64,000 nucleotides of DNA from Octopus sinensis (lineage: Eukaryota). Positions 1-13,330 of the stretch are shown piece by piece. The stretch is taken from positions 153,822,001-153,886,000 of the forward strand of contig NC_042997.1 in assembly GCF_006345805.1 (NCBI RefSeq), given 5' to 3'. The notes under the pieces are model-generated. The model was not told the origin of the DNA and ran no database searches. It saw only the letters and a program-made list of their open reading frames with translations. The translations under genes and the position numbers were made by a program. Numbering within the stretch: position 1 is the first letter of the stretch; every line of letters starts with the position of its first letter.

Positions 1-646
1 TCCGTTCCTCACCTCCCATATAGGCTTATAAAAGCTAACCCAAATAGCGGACCCCATAAAAGCGTTACCTGGAGCGGACCGTCCTCATCGCCCCTGCTTT
101 GCTACGCTATTCTCTTTATGTATAAGGACATATAAAAAAAACAAAAACAATCTCAAAAAAGTTTAAACGAAAACAGAGCCATTTCTTCTGAGTAGGACAT
201 TAACCTTCCCCGCGCCAGGACAATTACCCCTGAGGACTACAGATGACGATTTAAAACTTCTTGATATATTGGAGAGGGGGTGTAATTAACCAAGGGGAAA
301 AATTGTCCTAGGGGGTAGTTATATCGTCTATAAAGCATGGTCAACCTAGCATTTCATTGATACAGAATCGAAACAAGGTATATTTGTAACATTGTTAGTT
401 GGACGGGATAGGTTGTGTTATCCTCCTCACGTTCTGACGACAATGCCTGAGATGACACTGGTAGCCAGTTGTATCGGCCCTGGTTCTTTGCTTGGACAAC
501 GCCAGTGACGTAAAGGAAAGCAGCTTCTATGTACGAGTAACATGCATGGAAGGTAACGTCCATGTATGAGTAACGTTGTCTTGGCATGATCGCCGGAGGG
601 GAATTTTTCCAGGCGCTGGTCCATAGCCTCATGAGATATATATACA

Positions 647-894
647 CTCTTTTACTCTTTACTATTTTACTTGTTTCAGTCATTTGACTGCAGCCATGCT
701 GGAGCACCGCCTTTAATCGAGCAACTCGACCCCGGGACTTATTCTTTGTAAGCCCAGTACTTATTCTATCGGTCTCTTTACCGAACCGCTAAGTGACGTA
801 GACATAAACACACCAGCATCGGTTGTCAAGAGATGTTGGGGTAGGGTGGGGAGACAAACACAGATATACAAACTCACACACACACACACACACA

Positions 895-942
<48 letters not shown>

Positions 943-1113
943 CATATATACGACGGGCTTCTTTCAGTTTCCGTCTACCAAATCCACTCACAAGGCTTTG
1001 GTCGGGTCGAGGCTATAGTAGAAGACACTTGCCCAAGGTGCCAGGCAGTGGGACTGAACCCGGAACCATGTGGTTGGTAAACAAGCTACTTACCACACAG
1101 CCACTCCTGCGCC
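647..1113 (-). mobile_element. tRNA-derived bipartite SINE (CORE-like family A), full length
   Basis: Minus strand reads GGCGCAGGAGTGGCTGTGTGG (A box) ... GGTTCAGTCCC (B box), then CORE-like ACCTTGGGCAAGT, an internal (TA)/(TG) tract, and a tail ending in (TAAAAGAG)n. Same sequence recurs about 11 times in the window. Confidence 0.92.
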
Positions 1114-1431
1114 TATATATATATATCGTCGAGTAGTAATATTACTTGTTATGACAAATGCATGGTCAAAATGTTACCGACGGTTTCACGCCGACTATTC
1201 CATTTGGCAATATTTACGATTCTTCAGCCATGCTGACTCGGTGCTCATAGCTTATGTGCCATAACCAATAATACATTGCGCAACAATGTTAGAATATATC
1301 CGCTCTACTCCTCTTTTAGAGTCTGCTATTTTTCTAACTCATGGACAACTCAATGATTTGATAAGTGTATATGTGTGTACTTGTGTTTGTATGTGTGTGA
1401 GATTAAGTATGAATAGAATGTATATATATAT

Positions 1432-1462
<31 letters not shown>

Positions 1463-1848
1463 GTGCTTGTCCTTTCTTTGATCTGAAATATGTAACGTGA
1501 TTATAGTTCCATAAATTCATACAATAATGCTAAAAAATTAATTAGAAATATATAAAAAGAAAAGTTTATAAAACAATATATACATCCGTTAAACTCGCCT
1601 CAAAAACAAAAAACAAAATATTCACGACCATCTGTTGTTTCGTGAAATATCTGTGACTACTGAAGGCTATATTTAAAATCACTGCGGAGAAGCGTTCATT
1701 GACACGTTTTTCGATACTCACACTTTTTCTAATCTGTTTGCCACCAGCAAAATGTAGGGTAAGTGTAAATCTTCCTTGAAGTGTGAGAGAAAGGAAAAGG
1801 ATTTCATAACGTTTCTGATGTATCTCAATTTAATCAGTGGCGTAACTA

Positions 1849-2062
1849 CGAGTGGGTGCTGAAAAGTTCCTGGCTTCGAGTAAAAGAAAATACGGGAGAA
1901 TTAGTTAATCATGATTTTATCCAACATATTCCCCTCTCAGATTCATACACTTATTGCAGCGGCCCTTCAGTTTTTCTAAGCCCTGTAAAAGAATTCGGAA
2001 TGTTGGGCCCCCAACTAGCCCTTTCGCAATACCCCTAAATCCAGGAACTTTTTCAGTACGTC
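1849..2062. mobile_element. mariner-derived MITE
   Basis: Imperfect TIRs GTGCTGAAAAGTTCCTGG / CCAGGAACTTTTTCAGTAC with TA on the left. Minus strand encodes KLKGRCNKCMNLRGEYVG*, resembling a mariner transposase C-terminus. Confidence 0.7.
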
Positions 2063-2118
2063 AATCTTTGGGTTTGCTGCCCACGCCCAGTTACACTTAA
2101 AAAATTCGACATATCATA

Positions 2119-2520
2119 GGTGCAGGAGTTGCTGTGTGGTAAGTAGCTTGCTTACCAACCACATGGTTCCGGGTTCAGTCCCACTGCGTGGCACCTTGGG
2201 CAAGTGTCTTTTACTGTAGCCTCGGGCCGACCAAAGCCTTATGCGTGAATTTGGTAGACGGAAACTGAAAGAAGCCCATCGTATATATGTATATATATAT
2301 ATGTATATGTGTGTGTGTGTTTGCCCCCCCCCCCACCAACATCGCTTGACAACTGATGCTGGTGTGTTTATGTCCCCGTCACTTCGCGGTTCGGCAAAAC
2401 AGAACGATAGAATAAGTACTAGGCTTACAAAGAATAAGTCCTGGGGTCGATTTGCTCGACTAAAGGCGGTGCTTCAGCATAGTCCCCTGTCAAATGACTT
2501 GAAACTAGTAAAAGAGAGTA
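2119..2520 (+). mobile_element. SINE family A copy
   Basis: A/B boxes, CORE-like segment, internal TA/TG tract, tail ending GTAAAAGAGAG. Confidence 0.9.
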
Positions 2521-2916
2521 TATCGCACAGTCACCCCTTCCTAAAATGCCGTCCCCTATAAAAGCGACCCCGAGCTACGCTACTCAATTTAATGCTACAT
2601 TTCGATTGTAAGAACTTTTAATTTTAGTCAACGCCCAAAGCATTCTTGGCTTATTGTATTTATCGTCAGCATATCACAAACTCTAAGCACCTCTTCCCGC
2701 ACTCTTGCACAAAGCATATTTGGCAATTTTTCACAAGTTTCGTTTTGCAAATTTCATAGAAAAATGACCGTTCATTTTCTATTAGTCAACGCACAAACAC
2801 CTCCCAAAACTCAGGACTTGGCTATTCAAATCTTCAGTTAATCCTCTTTATCAGGGATCATAAATCTCTTTTTGAAATGGCTTACTTTTTATAACATTTA
2901 GCCACGGCCTACATAC

Positions 2917-3324
2917 CCTCTTTACTCTCTTTTACTTGTTTCAGTCATTTGACTGCGGCCATGCTGGAGCACCGCCTTTAGTCGAGCAACTCGACCCCGG
3001 GACTTATTCTTTGTAAGCCCAGTACTTATTCTATCCGTCTGTTTTGCCGAGCCGCTAAGTGACGGGGACGTAAATACACCAGCATCGGTTGTCAAGCAAT
3101 GCTAGGGGGACAAACACAGACACACAAACACACACACACATACATATATATATATACATATATACGACAGGCTTCTTTTCAGTTTCCGTCTACCAAATCC
3201 ACTCACAAGGCATTGGTCGGCCCGGGGCTATAGCAGAAGACACTTGCCCAAGATGCCACGCAGTGGGACTGAACCCGGAACCATATGGTTGGTTAGCAAG
3301 CTACTTACCACACATCCACTCCTT
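2917..3324 (-). mobile_element. SINE family A copy
   Basis: Reverse complement of the same family sequence. Confidence 0.9.
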
Positions 3325-4417
3325 ATATGAAAATATACCCGCTTATTTTCCCAAGCAATGCTTACGTTTGTGATACAGACTACTATCAACTGCTCAATTA
3401 AATTCGAGGATTAAAAGAAAAATTGAGGTCCACAGACAACACCTCAGTGGTCCACTTGTTGCCGATCCCTGTTCTCCAAAATGCAACGTTGCTGCTTTTG
3501 CTGTTTACCTCCATGTTAAAGAATTTTTAGCCATGTGCAAGGAATCCAGAATCATATTGTCTTATAGACCTTTCCTAAAACGGTGGTGGTTTGGGGTGAT
3601 TTGAAGGATATTTAGCTGCTGTTTACCTGGTCGATTTACCACTTAGAGGCTCCACTCTTTGGAAACATATAGTGCTAAGTTGTTGAATATTGTGCTCATA
3701 TTGTAAGAAAGCTCCAATCCACTAGTGTAGCTTGAGGGGCGGAGAGGGTGGTCCGCCCTGGGCGGCACTTTTATAGGGGAGGCACCACTTTTGGCTCGGC
3801 TGTAGGCAATATTTAATTTTTTGTGGTGGATCAGGGTCGACAAACTGAAGGGCCGCCCCCTGGAGACACACACTCAATCTACGTTAGTGCCCCAAGCCGC
3901 TTAGTAAGACACCAAATATAGAGGCGTATATGACGGGAGCAGGGGCAGCGACCGCTCCCATCCAAACACGTTTTTCAAAATCAGCGCCTTTTAAATACAA
4001 AATTAAAATGTATAATTAGCTAGTTAATTGTTTGGTATGTGTTACAACGACCCCACCTTTTTTTTCTGTGTTCGCTACCCCTAACTTCAGAACCTGGCTA
4101 TGTCCCTGACCGAATGTCAGGATCCATAATTGAGCCTAGTTCTGCAACAATAGTTGAAAAGATAAACTGTAGCGGAACCTAACCTGACAAAACACAACCA
4201 AATTTACCAGTTTCGCAAAAGTTTTTTTTTTTTACTTTCCCGAGAAACTGGGTAGAGATGGGTGGTAAGGGACAAAATTTCACTTTCACATTAGCGCTCG
4301 CTTTTATTTTAGATGAAACCAAGAATTTCAAATGCCCCTACAAATTCTCCAAGGAGTTTGTATTACGTACGACCGCATGATTCAATGTGGCTTTCACACA
4401 CACAAAAGCTTGTATGC

Positions 4418-4848
<431 letters not shown>

Positions 4849-4957
4849 CCCCCCTCTCTTTCTTTATATATATATATATATACATATGTATATATGTATA
4901 CACACATATGCATATATGTATCTATGTTTATATACATACACACATATACATTTGTGC

Positions 4958-4988
<31 letters not shown>

Positions 4989-5052
4989 AATGGAATTTTA
5001 ACTCGCAGGTTATATGTCATACACTTAAACAGGCACTTCATAAACGCACACG

Positions 5053-5095
<43 letters not shown>

Positions 5096-6099
5096 GTGTG
5101 TGTGTCTAAAACAGCAGACTGTCGCACATTTTTCTCGTCTCCTAAACACAGTAGTCACTGGGCACGTAGTGTCTATGATAGGAGATATTTGTCCGAGGTG
5201 CGGCGCACTGTGAACGAACCCGTACCCGGAACCAACTGGTTGCCAACACAATTTTTAAACAACCAAGTAGGAACCTACTTCACCGCTTATTTTACCTATT
5301 ATACAACAATTGCTAGTTTATTTACTGCGGCGGTGCCTGCTCACGAACATTCAACTTCAACATTGACCAATCAACGCAGGCTAAGTATTTCTATACTTCC
5401 GGGTTGAAAACAGTCACTATTATTGTAGTTTTTTTTTCTTTTCTTTTCTTTTCTTTGCTTCTTTTTTCTTTATTTACTTTTTTTGTTTGTTTTTGTTTGT
5501 CAAACTATCGATTTCTTGTTAAGGAGAAGGACACGCGTATATTGACGGGTTGGAATGTTAATGCATTTTTCTTTACGTCTTTCTGTTGCAGCAGAAATAA
5601 AATTATTGAATGTCATCTGTAAATCGAAATCGACTTAACAATTCGATTTACCCAACAGCTTGTCCTGTCACCGGCGTTTGCTCCTGTTTTATGAATATTG
5701 TTAATATATAATGAATTCTGTAAAAATCGATAGCGATTGTCTTTCCATGTGTGTATAAGTAGTGTGTGTGTTTGTGTGTATGTGTGTCCGTGTGTGTGTG
5801 TGTTTGTGTGTATGTGTGTCCGTGTGTGTGTGTGTATGTAAGTGAGTATGCGAATGCATGTATGAGTGCGTGTTAGGTATGTGTGAAAATATGGTTTGTA
5901 CCGTTGTGTGTGTGTGTGTGTGTGTGTTGTGTGTGTGTAAGCGTGCGCGTATGCATGTGTGTTTGCGCGTGCACACGTGTTATAGTGTCCACTAGACATC
6001 AGAACAAAGCAGCCAGCAAAAGCAGGCGGAGCCGGTTGAATGTCCTGCTAACACGTATAACTGTGTGCTTCATCACGAACTTAGTAGCGTTATACTATG

Positions 6100-6893
6100 C
6101 GTTTGGTTTATTTCATAAACTTGTTCTCGTCCGAGAGTGTCCTTCCATAAATTCGTCGCCTGTTCTTTGGAGCTAAACCATTTGATCTCACCAAGCCCAG
6201 TGGTGATCTCCGCCCTATCGCAGTTAGATGTACTCTGCGACGGCTCACAGCAAAAGTGTGTCTGTCCTCAGTTTCTAACCACTTGTTCACTAGGAGTGGG
6301 TACTAAGCTAGGTTGTGAGGTTTCACCAACTTGCCCTATGAGTCCCTAAAGGTCATCCTCAAACTAAACCTCAGGAATGCCTTCAATTCCATCAGTCGGG
6401 ACGTCATCGTCCGTACAGTAAGGGAGACTGCCCCCACAGCTCTATCACTTTGCTTGGCAAGCTTAACGGGAGCCCTCCTACCTCTCCTTTGGTGAACACC
6501 TCATCCCATATGAACAGGGTGACCCACTTGGACCTGCTGGGTATTTCCACTGGGTATTGATGATGCTACCAAAATGGGAACTGACCTAGACTTGAAAGTT
6601 TTGTATAATGATGATGCTTGTTTGGGGAAGGGCCCTCCTGACAAGGTCCCTGCAACTGCGAGGACGATAACTCTCTCTTTTTACTCTTTACTCTTTTACT
6701 TGTTTCAGTCATTTGACTGCGGCCATGCTGGAGCACCGCCTTTAATCTAGCAACTCGACCCCGGGACTTATTCTTTTTGTAAGCCCAGTACTTATTCTAT
6801 TGGTCTCTTTTGCCGAACCGCTAAGTAACGGGGACATAAACACACCAGCATCGGTTGTCAAGCAATGCTAGGGGGACAAACACAGACACACAA

Positions 6894-6966
<73 letters not shown>

Positions 6967-7310
6967 TACGACGGGCTTCTTTCAGTTTCCGTCTACCAAT
7001 CCACTCACAAGGCTTTGGTCGGCCCGAGGCTATAGTAGAAGATACTTGCCCAAGGTACCACGCAGTGGGACTGAACCCGGAACCATGATAATTGAGGAAC
7101 TTGATAGTAGGGGCTTTAGCGTTAATAGTTTCAAATGTGAGTTCTGGCTCCTCAGCCATCCAACTTCACATCATCAGACTGCAAACCAGTTTATAGACTC
7201 CCTGCCCTCTATCACGGTTCTTCCTTTATCAGCGTGGTTCTCTCTTGGTGCCCCAGTTACTGATCGAGCTATCGAGTCCATCTTTTGATCCAAGATGGCT
7301 AACTTTGAGC
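6100..7310 (+). pseudogene. CRE-clade non-LTR retrotransposon reverse transcriptase remnant, split by a SINE
   Basis: Manual translation: FFGAKPFDLTKPSGDLRPIAVRCTLRRLTAK (about 6160-6255), LGVGTKLGCE, KLNLRNAFNS (6361-6390), QGDPLGP (about 6515-6535), LYNDDACLG (6601-6627). After removing the SINE it continues in frame as ARTIIEELDSRGFSVNSFKCEFW ... LGAPV. Motif order and the RPIAV/QGDPLGP/LGAP signature match CRE-type RTs. Contains frameshifts and stops. Confidence 0.8.
6671..7086 (-). mobile_element. SINE family A copy, 5'-truncated, inserted in the CRE RT
   Basis: Family sequence lacking the A-box end; GATAA duplicated at 6666-6670 and 7087-7091 (5-bp TSD). Confidence 0.92.
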
Positions 7311-7559
7311 AACTTTTATACGTTTTAATTCAAAATTTTCAGTTTTTACTTGCTTAAAAAATTTCAAGTTATTCATATAAAGGCACAGAAAAAATCAGCT
7401 TGTCCAAGGCACCAGTATCCATTGGACCGACCCTGAAAAGAAGTGAAGATGAAACACAGCTAGAAGAAAAGGGTAAAGCGTGAACGAAGCTCTGACAGAA
7501 GAGGAACGAAAAATTTGTATGTATGTCCCTTCGCTCAGCCTCGTTTGAGATTCATTGAT

Positions 7560-8450
7560 TCTCTATTCTTTTCATTACCTCACTCGCGTTCTTCACCATC
7601 ATGCATGTAGTACCGACCAAACCAGATACCCAAGCAACTTAAACGGCCTATCAATCCAACAAGAAACATGCATTGGTAAGCTTAGACAAAGATTCTCCAA
7701 TTTCTTCTGTGGTCTGCTTGTGTTCAGATTTCAAATACCATGATCACTATGTCATCTGTATAAACAGAAAACAGCAAACTCCTTTACACCAGCACAAGTG
7801 AGATCCCCTGGAAACGCTCAACTTTCCCAGAAATTTAATTGCCAATACGCAAAATGGCAACGAGAGATGGTAATTTTTTGTGGCTTAAGAGGAGGTGTGG
7901 CAGAGCCTATGTCATTCGCAGGCTCTTCAAAAACGCGGTCACTGAAGAAATTTCGGAGTGTTGACAACTTGAGAAAGAATAAATCCAGCTAAAACACAGT
8001 AGAAGTAACGAAATATATAAGAGACATCCACGTGGGATAGGTTTGGGTGGAGACTTTTTGTAACAAACAAATTCAGAGACGGAGATGCCGTTATACTAGC
8101 GATAAATTAGATGGAGAGAGGAAACAGTACGCTTGAGAGACGAAGCCTGTAGTGTGTTGGCGAGTTTTTGACTCCATATTAAACATTGCAAATGATGCTG
8201 AATGGCTTCAACTGTTCTGGGAATTGAATAAATATTACTGAATAAACGTGATTGTCCAATGAGTGAAGACCTGTCAAAATTGGTCGCCATACACAGCACA
8301 TCCACTAAGTTTCGTTTTTCTACCACCTCGAATGTTTTCAACAATCTAGATTAATCTGGATTCCACCAAAGAGATGTCTAGTCCCTGCATTTTCTTTTGT
8401 CTACTTCATGAGGTAGTGGTTATCCTGGATCACACTGTACAGAAGTGTAT
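7560..8450 (-). pseudogene. highly degraded LINE RT remnant (clade not assigned)
   Basis: Minus-strand fragments in RT order across frames: LKTFEVVEKRNLVDVL (KAFD-like), TTGFVSQAYCFLSP (TGVPQG..LSP-like), FKLLGYL (KxLG-like). Confidence 0.45.
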
Positions 8451-8589
8451 AGCTTTCTTATGGTCCTACAAAAAGACTGACGTGCTTGCGAGAAATTCAA
8501 CCCCAAAATTTAGCTCAATATTCAGCAGAATTATCTAACGCGTCTCTCTTGTTTGCGAAATTTGTACTCAGAATGTAATGAGTCGGAAA

Positions 8590-8659
8590 AGCCGACTTGT
8601 TCCCTCCCACTAAATTTCAGGCCTTGTGCCTACAGTAGAAAGAATTATTATTTTTATTA

Positions 8660-8718
<59 letters not shown>

Positions 8719-8734
8719 GTTATTGTTATTGTTA

Positions 8735-8779
<45 letters not shown>

Positions 8780-8846
8780 GTTATTGTTATTGTTATTGTT
8801 ATTATCATTATTATTATTATTATCATTATTATTATTATTTTTATTA

Positions 8847-8881
<35 letters not shown>

Positions 8882-8891
8882 GTTATTGTTA

Positions 8892-8937
<46 letters not shown>

Positions 8938-8943
8938 TTATCA

Positions 8944-8975
<32 letters not shown>
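8590..8975 (+). repeat. SINE family B 3' tail followed by an expanded (ATT)n microsatellite
   Basis: GGCCTTGTGCCTACAGTAGAAAG matches the SINE tail at about 21565-21595; ATT/GTT array runs from about 8645 to 8975. Confidence 0.85.
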
Positions 8976-8976
<1 letters not shown>

Positions 8977-9652
8977 GACTTGACTCAGGATTGGTCTTAT
9001 TCCTGGTAGAATACATGTGGGTAGCGGGTTACTACCTGTAACCTTAGATATCTACAAGGTTTCTATAATCTTTCAAGTGCTTTAAAGCCCTGTATTATAC
9101 TGTAAATAATCTAGTAAGGCTTTCTCTTTCTATCTGTACACACTCTCCCACAGCAATTAAGTCTCTTCCACCCTGGTCTCACTTTAAGTACAGCTGGTTG
9201 ATATCAGCTTTCGGATGATGGGTTCCATATATAGTCAACATCTTTCTAATTTTTCTGTCAAGTTTCTGTACGCCGTTTTGGTCCAGTCTACAATTCTAGC
9301 TCCATATCTGATGACAAGCACTGCGCTTGAATTTATCGCTTCATTAACATTCTGAATTCAACTTTAACTGTAATATTTTATCACTCTCCTTTTATACCCC
9401 CTACTTGTAATTTGCTTTATCTCTTCCTATTTTGTTTCATCTGCCTCCAATATTCCTAAATACTTATACCAGTGTCTTTTCTCAACTGCATTCATTTTTT
9501 GCCCATTTGGCATTTGTATTCCCTGGCTTCCTTCAAATCTTCCTCGTTTCATTATCAATATAGCACACTTTTCAATCCCGAATTCCATATCTACATCATT
9601 TGAGAAAATGCAAACAGTGTGTACAAGACTTTCTGGCTGATTCTCAGTTTTT
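8976..9652 (-). pseudogene. R4/Dong-clade LINE fragment B (RT domains 6-7 and thumb)
   Basis: AKTENQPESLVHTVCIFSNDVDMEFGIEKCAILIMKRG...YKYLGILE, then LDRKIRKMLTIYGTHHPKADINQLYL..QGGRGL. Confidence 0.88.
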
Positions 9653-12600
9653 GCAGCCCCTATTTGTTCCATGTACTTCTCAAGACTTTTTCCTCACTGT
9701 TCCCAGGCCTCCGACAATTATTGGTACTATTACCACCTTTTTCATCGACCACAACTGCTCAACTTCCCAAGCTAACTTGTTATATCTATCGACTTTTCTT
9801 TTATTGCATACTTTGTTTCAGCTGGGCATGTTATATCTATGATCCAGCATCGTGTCGTTTATTTCTCAATTAGCACTATGTATGGTTTCTTATTCTCTAT
9901 CTCATGGTTGCACCGAATCATAAAATCCCATAATATCATTGCATTATCATTTTCGATGATGCCTTCAGGTTTATGCTCATACCACTTTTTTGCTCTGTTA
10001 AGGCCATACTTGTTGCAAAGTGAGCAATGGACAATCCTTGCTATATTGTCATGACGTCTCTTATATTCTTTCCGGACTAGTGGCGTCCATTGACTGGTAA
10101 TATGCCATACGGTTTCACCATTTTGTCCACAAATTATGCACTTATCACTTTCTGGTGTGTTGTCTATTCTGTATTTGATGTAATTTGTTCTTAATGTTTG
10201 CTTGTGGATAGCACAGATTAGAGCCTCCGTTTCCGGTTTTAAATCCCTTTTATTCATTCATAGCCATCTTTTTTCTCTGTCTGTCTTATCTTCGACATCC
10301 CTATAAAATTGTCCATGCATTCTTTTCTTTATCCACCTATTTTCAGTTTCATTCATTCTCAAGTGCTTGTACAGTGCTTTATCTTTGCAATCTTCCATCC
10401 TACATAAGTCTGCCCTTCTAACTTCCAATAATAGCGGTTCTATGGAATTTTTTACATACCATGCTATGTTGTTTTCTTATGCTCCAATGCTGTGTTCGCA
10501 TCCAATCAGTCCTCTTCCCCTCTTTTTCTCGGTACATACAGTCAATCTGTGTCACTATTTGGGTGGAGTATCCCATATCTAGTAAGCAACTTTCTTGCCT
10601 TTCTGTCTAAGCTGTTTAATTCGTCTACTGTCCATGCGATGACCCTTGCTCCATATCTAAGGAGTCGAACCGTTCAGGTGTTGATAGCTTCAATCTTATT
10701 CCGTCCTTTTAATTTCGACTTTAAGGATCAGTCTCGGTCTGCGCAAGTAGTCGACCTTAAATTTTTCTGTCATTTCTTCCTCCAATTTATCCATTTCCAA
10801 TATTTCCAAGACTCTTCTATCTGCTTCATTATCTCCTCCGACGGTATCACTAGCCCGTCCATACATTTGATTTTGCCTCTCTTCAAGACTAACACACCAC
10901 ACTTTTTCAGTCCGAACTCCATTCTGATATCAGCACTGAAGATATACACTGTATCAACGAGGGAACTGACTTGGGATTCCTCTTTACCATAAAGTTTGAG
11001 GTCATCCACGAATAACAAGTGGTAGACTTTTTTTGGCGGCTTTTGAATATATACCTAGCCTTTGCTTTCCTCAAAATTAGTGTTAGTGGTATCATGCACA
11101 GTACAAAGTTCAGTGGGACAAGTAGTCCCCTTGGAAGATACCTCTCCTGATTTCTATTGTCCCTAAACTTCTTCCATATGCTGTCAAGTCCGTCCTTCAA
11201 TTCGCCATACTTTTTCCAAGCAATCGCTCAACATTCGATGCAGTACCAAATAGGTTCATACATTCATTAATCTAAGAATGTGGGATCGTATCGTACGCTT
11301 TACGATAATCGATCCATGACATGGCTAAGTTGCTTTTCCTTCTCTTGCAGTCTCTAAGAGTGGAACCTTGGTACCCCTGCACTTACGCTTGCAACCATTC
11401 TGCTCATGTAGCAGGACTCCATTATTTTCCAGATGTTCGTACATCGACTCTGCGACTATTCCAGTCAATAATTTCCACATAAGTGGAAAGCAAATATCGG
11501 CCTGTAATTATCTTCCGGATCGCCCTTTTCGATGTTTTTCAGACACAGCACTGTCCTACCCATTGTCAACCACTCTGGTGTTACTTGGTCGGCATTTAAC
11601 GGGGTGTTGCGTTGTGCAGCTATTCGTACATGACATTCAACAAATCTTTTGAACTCTATCTGGTCCTGGGGGTGCTTTCCAGTTGCCCATGTTTTTGCTG
11701 ATTTCCTTCACTTCCCTAACTGAAATGACTAGTTCTGCCTTTTGTGGACAGAGTATTGTTTGTTTCAGTTCCTGCAGCCATTCAGCATCCTTTTTTGTGC
11801 TCCTTGTCTTTGCTCCAGATGTCACTCTAATATCTTTGACTTTTAATGTTATCTGGTTTCAAGTTTTCATTTGTACGCTCTCCATTCATTTCTTTGTAGA
11901 ATCTCGTCTGATCTACTCTGAATAACCTATCCTGCCGGCATCCCTTTATTTTTTGGTCATATCTTACCATCTTTGCTGTCTTTGCAACGAGGCGCTGTTT
12001 CAGTTCCTCCATTACCACTTTCTGGCCCTTTCCTTCAGTATCATTCTTCCTGTTCAGTGCCCTGTATAGCTTGCTTGATGAGAGACATATAGATAGTTTG
12101 GAAGAAGACAATAAAACTATTAGTGACATGACAGATGGGCAAAAGGCAATCTACGACAGAATATAGGTAAGGCTACAGGAGAAGGATAGCGACACTATTT
12201 GCAACCGTAGAAAGGTTGATCGGTGGAAACTAAACCAAGAAACGAAAAATGTGAAAGAAATTCTGAAATGCATCAGAACAAAAAACATCACAGAAACAAA
12301 AAATTTGATCAAGGTAGCAAGTATTGTTGTAGCTTTTAAAGCTCCCCCTTCTCTTTTCGGCCTAACACAGAAATGTCCTTCGAGAGGATATCTAACCCCG
12401 CCTGTATTCTTCTTTTCCACCATGGATCTTTTCTTTGCCACTTCCATTGTATTTCTTTTTCTTGACATCAACACCCACATTTTCTGCTACAACAATACTT
12501 GCTACCTTGATCAAATTTTTTGTTTCTGTGATGTTTTTTGTTCTGATGCATTTCAGAATTTCTTTCACATTTTTCGTTTCTTGGTTTAGTTTCCACCGAT

Positions 12601-13330
12601 CAACCTTTCTACGGTTGCAAATAGTGTCGCTATCCTTCTCCTGTAGCCTTACCTATATTCTGTCGTAGATTGCCTTTTGCCCATCTGTCATGTCACTAAT
12701 AGTTTTATTGTCTTCTTCCAAACCATCCATATGTCTCTCATCAAGCAAGCTATCAGTGTTCCTTTACTGTGGTTTATTAGAGATTTCAACTTTGTTTTCT
12801 GCTATGAGATTACTTTTATCAGTAGGAACTGTATTTCCATCGTTTCCTCTTCTGCTGTTTTCCAATACCCATCTTTTGATAGCTTCGAGCTCTACTTCGG
12901 TGAAGCAACGATTTTTTCTTATTCCTCTAGCTTGACCACTTAATCTCTGATCCGTGAGTTGAAACAATCCTCTTTCTCTCCATTGATCATACATACGTAG
13001 TCGGTATCCCCTAATATGAACACCATTTTCGTTTACAGGGTTGCTCAGCATTGACTTATTTGTTCTATCTGCACCGTGTGTGCTGGTCCCTTGCTGGATA
13101 ACGACAGGCTGGAGTCGGACCAACATCTCTGAGCCTGTCGGGTGCAACACTATCATAATCAAGGGCTTCAGTTTCATTACTACCGTTATTCACAATATCA
13201 TGTTTATTCATTGTCACTCATATGAGGTAGCGATTATCAGGTTGCGTAATTACCAGTGTTTTTATTGTGACACCATCACTAGATGTATCACCAATCAGGA
13301 CATAGGGAGAATCCAACCACTCCCTATTAT
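9653..13330 (-). pseudogene. R4/Dong-clade LINE A, near full length, frameshifted
   Basis: N-terminal GYRLRMYDQWRERGLFQLTDQRLSGQAR, EELKQRLVAK, WKAPPGPD, RT LFVDDLKLY, zinc knuckle CIICGQNGETVWHITSQW, REL region ILWDF..KPYIV..IIDI (PD mutated to PY). Single-ORF REL architecture. Confidence 0.93.
12066..12753. repeat. fold-back inverted repeat inside Dong A
   Basis: Arms 12066-12333 and 12486-12753 (268 bp each, 2 mismatches seen), spacer 152 bp. Confidence 0.95.

Noticed and set aside
354-640. ORFs of 117 and 65 aa as a gene or RT fragment
   Set aside because: Only faint resemblance to RT motifs (VTGVVQ); no convincing family assignment.
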